A DNA stretch of 64,000 bases from positions 28,584-92,583 of IMG/VR virus record IMGVR_UViG_3300042922_000725; one strand, given 5' to 3'. How positions within the stretch are numbered: the first letter of the stretch is position 1; each line of letters begins with the position of its first letter. The notes below the pieces were generated by a model. The model worked only from the letters and a program-made list of their open reading frames with translations, had not been told where the DNA came from and searched no databases. A program made the position numbers and the translations under genes. Below are positions 57,091 to 64,000 of this stretch, one piece after another. The DNA is from a virus.

Positions 57091-59130
57091 TTACTCAATG
57101 TTATTTAAGTCAATTTTAGTTATATTTTCTCTTATAAATTCTTTTCTTGGTAAGGTGTCTGTATCCATAAACATTTCAAAATGTTTATTTATCAAAGCTT
57201 CGTTCAATTGGTCATATTCTACAGGAATAAAAGTTTTTTTTCTTGCCTCATCAGATAAAACATATAACCAAAAATCCTCTTTGTTAAATTCTCCTAAACC
57301 TTTTTTTATTCCGATAGTGTATTTTATATTTTTAGAATTTAATTCTTGAATTAAGTTTTCTTTTTCAATATCATTATATGCAAATAAGCTTTCTTCTGTT
57401 TTTGTTAATATAAATTCATATCTAGGAGATGTAATTAAATACACTCTGTTTTGTTTAAGTAATGTTGGCATAAATTTATACATAAAGGTTAATATTGACA
57501 GATTTATTGCCCTACCAAAGGCATCTCGGTCACAAAGTATTCCAAGTGAACCATAATTTAAATTATCTATATTAAATGTTTGGATATCTTTATATTTTTT
57601 TCTTTCTTCATAAGGTATTTCTATTCCACAACCCAATGCATTAATAATTCTTAAAGCAGGTTCATTGTCTAATACATCAGATACTTTGGCTTTATAACTA
57701 TTAATAAACCTACCTCTTAATCCACAACAGCCCATTATTCTAGGGTCAATTGAGTTTTCTATTGTAGAATTAGCAGAAATACCTTCATCTACAATGAATA
57801 TGCGTTCCTCAACTTTTGATTTTTTAAAATCACAATGTTTAACGCCCGGTATTTTACTGAATGAGGATTTTGTTTCACCTTGTAATTTTTTCTTTATATC
57901 TAATTTAGATTGTTCAGCTTTTTCATTTGCTCTTTTATTAATAAGGCACTGTCCTATAATTTTATCTGCAACAAGTTTGTTTTCTGTAAAATATACTATT
58001 AGTTTATCTTTTAAAGAGCTTGTTGTAAAGTCTTTTATAAATTTATTATTTATGCTTAATTTAGTTTGATTAGCATAGCTCGTCATAGTTGAAAAACTAG
58101 AAATCATACAACTAAAACTGTCTTGTATATCCGTAAACTTTATTTTACTTTCGTTTTTGTTATATAAGTTGTTATTTTTTATATATTCATGAATTGCATT
58201 AGTAAAAGCACTTTCAATAGCTTCAGCAGTTGAACCACCCTGCAATAATTCAGAACTATTGTGAAAATATTGTAATGTATTAACAGTATTGTTAAAAACA
58301 AAAGCTATTTCGTAACTAAATTTATATTCTGGTTTATCACTTCTATCTTTACCTATTCCACTATCACTGAAAGTTATAATATCTGTTATATTTTCATCAG
58401 TAGTTATTTCTTGCAGATAGTCTACAATTCCATTTTCATAAAAGTGGGTGTATATAATATCTGCACTTTCGTCATAAACATCTATTTTTAAACCTTTGTT
58501 GACCACAGTTTGTTTTTTTAACTTATCATTTATCCAATCTATGGGTATATTGATATTTGTAAAAACTTCTAAGTCTGGCTTATAATAAATTTTTGTTCCC
58601 TGCTCATTATCAATATTTGACTCCGTTTTTAAAACTCTTTCTCCTTGTTCTTTGCTAAATAAATTATCATCATCATCACAAATGAATTCTTCTGTATTTT
58701 TGTCTACTGGTCTGCCTTTTTTGAATTTAGTAGTGTATTTTTTGCCATCTCTGTATGATATAACATTCATGTAGTCTGATGCATATTGTGAACTGGTAAG
58801 ACCTAATCCATTAAGACCTATTGAAGTGGAGTCTGCGTCATAATTGTCAGAAGCATACAATACTTTTAAAGCCAAGTCCCAATTGTAAGCATTTTCTTTT
58901 TCGTTCCACTCCATAGGTAGTCCATCTGCAAAATCTAATACAGAATAATTTAAATCTTTATGTTTGATGATTTTAATATAGTTCCCATATCCTTTTCTAT
59001 ATCTATCTATAGAATTACTCGTAATTTCAAACAAGGTATGTTGGCACCCTTTTATGTCATCTGAACCCATCATTACAGAAACTCTTTTTCTAATTCTTTC
59101 AGAACCTTTTAATCTTGTTAAATCTGCCAA
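57091..59130 (-). CDS. Type IIA DNA topoisomerase subunit B (GyrB/ParE-like)
   Basis: EI..NSID, GLNGLG, NQTK, EG.SA, GLRG, D.D..G, KGLGE; TTG start. Confidence 0.92.
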   Translation of the reverse strand: MADLTRLKGSERIRKRVSVMMGSDDIKGCQHTLFEITSNSIDRYRKGYGNYIKIIKHKDLNYSVLDFADGLPMEWNEKENAYNWDLALKVLYASDNYDADSTSIGLNGLGLTSSQYASDYMNVISYRDGKKYTTKFKKGRPVDKNTEEFICDDDDNLFSKEQGERVLKTESNIDNEQGTKIYYKPDLEVFTNINIPIDWINDKLKKQTVVNKGLKIDVYDESADIIYTHFYENGIVDYLQEITTDENITDIITFSDSGIGKDRSDKPEYKFSYEIAFVFNNTVNTLQYFHNSSELLQGGSTAEAIESAFTNAIHEYIKNNNLYNKNESKIKFTDIQDSFSCMISSFSTMTSYANQTKLSINNKFIKDFTTSSLKDKLIVYFTENKLVADKIIGQCLINKRANEKAEQSKLDIKKKLQGETKSSFSKIPGVKHCDFKKSKVEERIFIVDEGISANSTIENSIDPRIMGCCGLRGRFINSYKAKVSDVLDNEPALRIINALGCGIEIPYEERKKYKDIQTFNIDNLNYGSLGILCDRDAFGRAINLSILTFMYKFMPTLLKQNRVYLITSPRYEFILTKTEESLFAYNDIEKENLIQELNSKNIKYTIGIKKGLGEFNKEDFWLYVLSDEARKKTFIPVEYDQLNEALINKHFEMFMDTDTLPRKEFIRENITKIDLNNIE

Positions 59131-59142
59131 AATATCACTTCC

Positions 59143-60252
59143 TTAATTGTTTATATTGTTATGTGTAGATATTATTTCTACATTTTTTAAACAAAATAAT
59201 GTTTGATTAGGCTTTAATTTTATCTTACAACCTTTTTTATTTTTAATACTATTACTTTCACTTAAACTTTCTATATCATTTATGTAATTTATAAATTTTA
59301 GCCATTCTTTACAAACAGAATATTTAACTTCTTTTGATTCCGTTATTTTTTCATCGTAGCAACGTCTTAACATATCTCTCCATTTGTCATATAAATAATG
59401 ACTTTGTGGTTTGTTTATTTCTTTTCCCACAATTCCTACATCACAAACATAAGGAGCATCCCAATCTTTAATATGCCCATTGGATATTTCTTTAGTTTCA
59501 GCAACGGTTTCAAATCCTGTATTTATAAACTTAACTTTTCTTTTACCATTCTTCAGATTTTCTATAATCTCAAATTTATATCCTTTGGAATTACTATATA
59601 TTTCTCCCACTAGAAATTTATTTATTTTAACTTCTTTTTCTTTATAATTAAAATCAGTAATGCCTTCTTTAGACCACTTAAAACCATAGAATATTAAGTT
59701 TTTCTTTGTAGCTTGGCGAATTCTAAAATTAACTTGATTGAAATTAAAGTTTTCTATATTTCTTTTACTATCAAGTAGATAATTCGTAGCTTCATTATAG
59801 GAATTAAATTCAATTATATTATCTTCGCTTATAGCTAGAATAGGAATAGCATTTTGAGGGATACTACCTTTTTTAAATCTGGTTTCTTTTCCTACTTTTA
59901 TAACGTGTTCAGGCTCCCCGTTTTCACTTTCTGAAGCAATGTTATTATAACCCATTTCTACACTATTATATTGTAATATATATTCTGTTTCTATTTTAAA
60001 TAAGTCTTTTAAAGGAACTATATCTAATACTTGAAATGTAAAATCACTTATACCATACTTCAGCATATCAAACAATAAACTTCCTTCTTCATTATTGGGT
60101 TGTTGTAAAGAAAAATAACCTCTGTGATAAGCATTTATATAATCATGCCATCTTTCAGTTACAACTCTTCTTGTGGCTCCTATATAATTTTTATTTGAGG
60201 TTATACAATGTATTAGGTATATATAACCGTATTCTTTTTTACGTTTAAGCAA
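59143..60252 (-). CDS. GIY-YIG homing endonuclease with NUMOD-like DNA-binding repeats
   Basis: GYIYLI...KNYIG.T; RW; E..YI..YNS...GYN; TRFKKG; LY..W.DML.RCY. Confidence 0.85.
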   Translation of the reverse strand: MLKRKKEYGYIYLIHCITSNKNYIGATRRVVTERWHDYINAYHRGYFSLQQPNNEEGSLLFDMLKYGISDFTFQVLDIVPLKDLFKIETEYILQYNSVEMGYNNIASESENGEPEHVIKVGKETRFKKGSIPQNAIPILAISEDNIIEFNSYNEATNYLLDSKRNIENFNFNQVNFRIRQATKKNLIFYGFKWSKEGITDFNYKEKEVKINKFLVGEIYSNSKGYKFEIIENLKNGKRKVKFINTGFETVAETKEISNGHIKDWDAPYVCDVGIVGKEINKPQSHYLYDKWRDMLRRCYDEKITESKEVKYSVCKEWLKFINYINDIESLSESNSIKNKKGCKIKLKPNQTLFCLKNVEIISTHNNINN

Positions 60253-60284
60253 TAACTTTCTCCTTTCTTAATTAAATTAAAATA

Positions 60285-60337
60285 TTTTGTGGAAATATAT
60301 CCAATTCCATTATATAATATATCTCCACAAAAATCAA
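60285..60337 (-). promoter_or_regulatory. Sigma-A promoter straddled by a 16-bp inverted repeat
   Basis: TTGATT-17-TATAAT on the minus strand; arms at 60285-60300 and 60317-60332 (1 mismatch). Confidence 0.7.
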
Positions 60338-60464
60338 TACTTTATTAATATTAAATTGAATAAAATAGTCATTTTATGCACTTTTATGAGTCTTTAAACT
60401 CGCTCAAGCTCCATTATGCTTTGATTTACTTGAGTTTTCATATTAACAAATTGTAAACAAATAT

Positions 60465-60761
60465 TTAATTTTGATTATTTTTAATACTTTTTATAATAAT
60501 ATCTAAAATTTCAGATTGTTCTGTATGTAAATCTATTTGATGATTTCTATAATCCAAAAAATCATCAGAAATCTTTTTTATTTCTTTTTTAAGATTGTCA
60601 ATTTGTTGTTGCTGAAAAGTTGTAACCGGTAAAATTAGTGAGAACAAGGACGTCTCCATATTATTTTTAAATATATTTGCAATCATTATAATAAGAAATA
60701 TAATTGTAAAGATAAAGTTTATATGTTTATTAATGAATTTTAATATTTTTATTTCAATCAA
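60465..60761 (-). CDS. Small membrane protein with coiled-coil tail
   Basis: N-terminal hydrophobic segments. Confidence 0.5.
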   Translation of the reverse strand: MIEIKILKFINKHINFIFTIIFLIIMIANIFKNNMETSLFSLILPVTTFQQQQIDNLKKEIKKISDDFLDYRNHQIDLHTEQSEILDIIIKSIKNNQN

Positions 60762-60772
60762 ATCCTTTCATA

Positions 60773-60916
60773 TTATTTACTTTGTTTATTTTTACTTAAT
60801 TTAATTTTAGTTTCATCAATCACTACTGGATTTCCGCTAACTCTTTGATAATATACTACATTATCAAAATATATTGGTGTATCACCTATGTAACCTACTA
60901 TTTTTTCATTTTCCAT
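60773..60916 (-). CDS. Hypothetical 47-aa protein
   Basis: MENEKIVGYIGDTPIYFD...; aggagg RBS within the end of the upstream gene. Confidence 0.5.
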   Translation of the reverse strand: MENEKIVGYIGDTPIYFDNVVYYQRVSGNPVVIDETKIKLSKNKQSK

Positions 60917-60918
60917 AT

Positions 60919-61470
60919 TTAATCCTCCTTATACCATCTTGTTCCATATTTTTCTTGACCAATTCTCATTAGCTCCCAATATTTGTTTTTATAATCATTA
61001 GACTCTCTTTCGAAATATTTTATTCTCCTATTTAACTTATCAATTATATTAGAGTCTTCACTTTTAATTAATTTTTCAGCTTCTCTATATAACGATCTTA
61101 TCATTGAATTTTTTAATACTTGTTCATCTACTCCTAATTCTTGTTTCTTAGCTCTTTTAACACATGTCTGACCACAATAAACGCCTATATGATTTGGAAT
61201 TTCTTCTTTAACTTCTTCATACAACTTTGAAGGCATAACATAATAATTATAATGTCCTAAAAATGTTTTCTTGGCTTTACTATGAAAATCTGATTTAGAT
61301 ACTTTTATCTCATAACAACGCCAAACGCTTTTAGTATCAAAGGTTATAAAATCGCAGCGCTCTTTACCCCACCAGCCAATTGTGACTTCAAAACAACTAA
61401 ATACTCCTTGTTTAGAAGTGGCTTTCCATATTTGTTTTTCTAAGTCAAGAGTTCCTTGAGTTTTAGCTAT
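60919..61470 (-). CDS. PD-(D/E)XK nuclease-like protein (MmcB-like); probable non-canonical ATA/ATT start
   Basis: FEV.IG...ERCD...RCYEIKVSKSDF; strong aaggaggtg RBS precedes att-att-ata. Confidence 0.7.
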   Translation of the reverse strand: MAKTQGTLDLEKQIWKATSKQGVFSCFEVTIGWWGKERCDFITFDTKSVWRCYEIKVSKSDFHSKAKKTFLGHYNYYVMPSKLYEEVKEEIPNHIGVYCGQTCVKRAKKQELGVDEQVLKNSMIRSLYREAEKLIKSEDSNIIDKLNRRIKYFERESNDYKNKYWELMRIGQEKYGTRWYKED

Positions 61471-61687
61471 AATAATCACCTCCTTATAATTATTTATATT
61501 TATATATGCATTACTTCTTTTTCTTTGGATAATTAACCCTAACATATAACTCAAACATAACCATACCACCCATTACAAAACCAATAAACCAACTAATAAA
61601 TAAATTTTGCCACATTTTTATTTTTCCCTTCTTTTTAAAATTGAGGGTAAGAATGACTTACCCTATATGTTCAGATTATTTAGTAGT

Positions 61688-63670
61688 TTATTCTATTATT
61701 TTTAAGAAATCATCTTCTGTAATTATTGGAATATTTAATTGCTTTGCTTTTTGATTTTTGCTTGAAGGTGAGTTAATATCATTATTTAATAGATAATTAG
61801 TATTTTTACTTACACTCCCTGTTAATTTGCCCCCAAGTTCAAGTATTTTTGCTTCAAGCTCTTTTCTATTTTTAAAATGTATTACATCCCCTGTAACAAC
61901 GAATGTTAAGCCTTGAATAGATGAATTTGAATTAACTTCTTTTGTTTCTTCTTTTTCAATATTTAATATATCAATTAATTGATTAAACATTGATATATTT
62001 TCATCTATAGAAAAGAATTCCTGAACAGACTTGTTTGTTATTTCCCCTATATCCTCAATTTGTGAAAAATTAAAATCATTTTGAATAGCCTTTCTAAATG
62101 TATCTATTGAACCTTTAAAGTGTTTAGATATATCTTTAGCAGTTCCTCGACCAACATTAGAAATACCTATTGAAAATAGCAAATTAGCCAGTTTACAAGT
62201 TTTAGAAGTTTCTACAGATTTTACAATATTTTCATATGATTTTAAACCAAAACCTTCTAATTTAACAATTTGATTTTTATATCTTTCTAAAGAATACAAA
62301 TCAACAATAGTTTTTATAAAACCTTTATCAATAAAAGTTTCAATAATGGATTCAGAGACTCCCATTATATTCATAGCATCTCTTGAGCAATAATGTACAA
62401 TTTGTGCTATTTTCTTTGATGGACAATTATCATTTGTACAATATAAAACTCTTGCGGTTTTTAGTTTTCGTATTTCTGTTTTTTCTTTGCAAATTGGACA
62501 CTCTGTTGGAATTACTTCTGTGTTACTTCTTGTTAAATTATCTAGTATCTTTGGTATTACTTCATTTTGACGTGCCACAGAAACTATATTGTCTTTACCT
62601 AGCTCTAATGCCTCAAAATAATCTATATTGTGTAAGGTTGCTCTTTCTGTCATTGCTCCATCTAAATCTACTGGTTCAAAAACTCCAACAGGATTCACTA
62701 ATCCAGTTCTTGATACTTGCCATTCAGTTTTAATATATTTTGTTTCATACTCTGTATTCTGAAATTTAAAAGCTAGGGCATTCAGGGGATGATGATTAGT
62801 TTCCCCTAATGATTTGCCATAGGCAATATTATTGAATTTAACTACTAAGCCATCTATGGGAATTCCATTATCCTTTGCCAAATCAGTAAGTTGTTGAATA
62901 ATATTTTCTAAACTATTGATATTGTTTTTATTTATCTTAACGTAGGGAATTATATTAAAACCTAAGTTTTTCATAAAAGCAAATTGATCTTCTAAAGTCT
63001 TAAATTCAATCTCCTTTCCATTAGTATCTTTGCATTCTAACAAACCAAAAGATAAAAGTTGAACATTTCTTTTTGCACAAATAGAAGAGTCTAGTTGCCG
63101 AACACTTCCGGCAACAAGATTACGTGAGTTACTATATTTATCATCTTCCGATAAATTCTTATTAATATCTATGAAATCTTCATCGACTATAATAGATTCC
63201 CCCACTGTTTTTAAATATCCTTCAAATCCTATTGTTAAAGGAAATTTTTTGAATGTTTTAACATTATGTGATATATCTTCTCCAATAATTGAATTTCCTC
63301 GGGTACTTCCTTGTTTAAATGTTTTATTTTCATGTATTATTTCAGATGTTAAACCATCTCCTTTAAGCATTAATAAAACTTCTTCATGTCCTATAAAACT
63401 TTTTAATTCAGATATGTCTTTGGTTTTATCTAAGCTTTTTAAAGGAATCGTATGTGTTACTTTTTCTAGTTTTGACTTTACTTCAAATCCAACTCTTTGC
63501 GTTGGAGAGTTACTTAGAATTAAACCAGTTTCATTTTCTAGTTGTTTTAATTCGTCAAACAGCCTATCATAATCAAAATCTGATAAAATAGAAAAATCCG
63601 AGTTGTAATAAGAATCACTCGCCATATTTAATTCTTCAATAAGTATATTTATTCTTTCCAATTTATCCAT
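61688..63670 (-). CDS. ligA: NAD-dependent DNA ligase
   Basis: YY....SD.DYD.L; KGDG (KxDG); TRG; DGLVVK; C4 zinc finger; HhH; BRCT. Confidence 0.97.
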   Translation of the reverse strand: MDKLERINILIEELNMASDSYYNSDFSILSDFDYDRLFDELKQLENETGLILSNSPTQRVGFEVKSKLEKVTHTIPLKSLDKTKDISELKSFIGHEEVLLMLKGDGLTSEIIHENKTFKQGSTRGNSIIGEDISHNVKTFKKFPLTIGFEGYLKTVGESIIVDEDFIDINKNLSEDDKYSNSRNLVAGSVRQLDSSICAKRNVQLLSFGLLECKDTNGKEIEFKTLEDQFAFMKNLGFNIIPYVKINKNNINSLENIIQQLTDLAKDNGIPIDGLVVKFNNIAYGKSLGETNHHPLNALAFKFQNTEYETKYIKTEWQVSRTGLVNPVGVFEPVDLDGAMTERATLHNIDYFEALELGKDNIVSVARQNEVIPKILDNLTRSNTEVIPTECPICKEKTEIRKLKTARVLYCTNDNCPSKKIAQIVHYCSRDAMNIMGVSESIIETFIDKGFIKTIVDLYSLERYKNQIVKLEGFGLKSYENIVKSVETSKTCKLANLLFSIGISNVGRGTAKDISKHFKGSIDTFRKAIQNDFNFSQIEDIGEITNKSVQEFFSIDENISMFNQLIDILNIEKEETKEVNSNSSIQGLTFVVTGDVIHFKNRKELEAKILELGGKLTGSVSKNTNYLLNNDINSPSSKNQKAKQLNIPIITEDDFLKIIE

Positions 63671-64000
63671 TAATTTTCCTCCATAAAATTATTATTTTTA
63701 TTATGTAATATATCTTCTATTTCTTGCTCTCTTAAAACGTCAATTGCAAACCATCTACATAGTATCGCAAATTCTTTATGTTGTCTATTATTTAATTTGA
63801 TACCATTAAGACATTTATTGTGCAATTCTTGATAAATCTTATAATAATTAATTATAGTTTTAATTGTTCACACCCTCTCATTATATTGCTAAATCTGCAC
63901 ACCTTATTGATGTACACATCTTAACAATTAATGAAGTTATCCCATCCCCATAGGATTTTACTTTAGTTTATTACTTTACTTCCCCACAATCCCCTAATTG

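Larger units (their letters stand above)
1..64000. mobile_element. Large siphovirus-type phage/prophage segment (SPbeta/c-st-like, Firmicutes host)
   Basis: Continuous capsid-head-tail-lysis-TMP-baseplate-fibre module followed by a convergent phage replication module; no host housekeeping synteny; AT-rich with AGGAGG RBSs. Confidence 0.95.

Noticed and set aside
61471-61569. N-terminal extension of the nuclease-like ORF
   Set aside because: A strong RBS at about 61478-61486 points to a downstream ATA/ATT start; the extension looks non-homologous
378-63572. Many short opposite-strand ORFs in the track (e.g. 378-578, 24706-25122, 32717-33109, 57098-57349, 63171-63572)
   Set aside because: Antisense shadows of well-supported genes, lacking RBS and motifs
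1-64000. CRISPR array, tRNA or rRNA genes
   Set aside because: No regularly spaced repeats, cloverleaf-like or rRNA-like sequences seen by eye
1-64000. Diversity-generating retroelement acting on the fibre genes
   Set aside because: No reverse transcriptase and no template/variable repeat pair recognised in this window

Overview
The whole window is part of a large, low-GC, siphovirus-type phage or prophage. Its gene order is SPbeta/c-st-like and the host is probably a clostridial Firmicute. On the + strand (1-52215) lies a late morphogenesis region: capsid, head-tail, tail tube, lysis, tape measure, Dit, Tal and several tail fibres/spikes. It is interrupted by many accessory genes with their own sigma-A promoters and ends in a tyrosine recombinase plus an agr-like peptide-signalling operon. 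The convergent - strand (52577-64000) carries replication/metabolism genes (thyX, type IIA topoisomerase A and B, GIY-YIG endonuclease, NAD-dependent ligase) and a divergent SecY homologue. Most notable: (1) two tail-spike cassettes are each bracketed by what look like the split halves of a palindromic tyrosine-recombinase-type site (TTCGnAATT...AATTACGAA). The left half sits in-frame inside a short conserved N-terminal leader, suggesting integron-like swapping of receptor-binding modules, and one cassette also carries an acyltransferase and a Wzy-like gene. (2) A phage-encoded SecY-like protein. (3) An agrD/agrB pair with a kinase-less AgrC-type sensor, downstream of a LexA-type box. (4) Three paralogous cassettes of XRE regulator, palindromic operator and small effector. 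All family assignments come from motif recognition by eye; no database searches were run.
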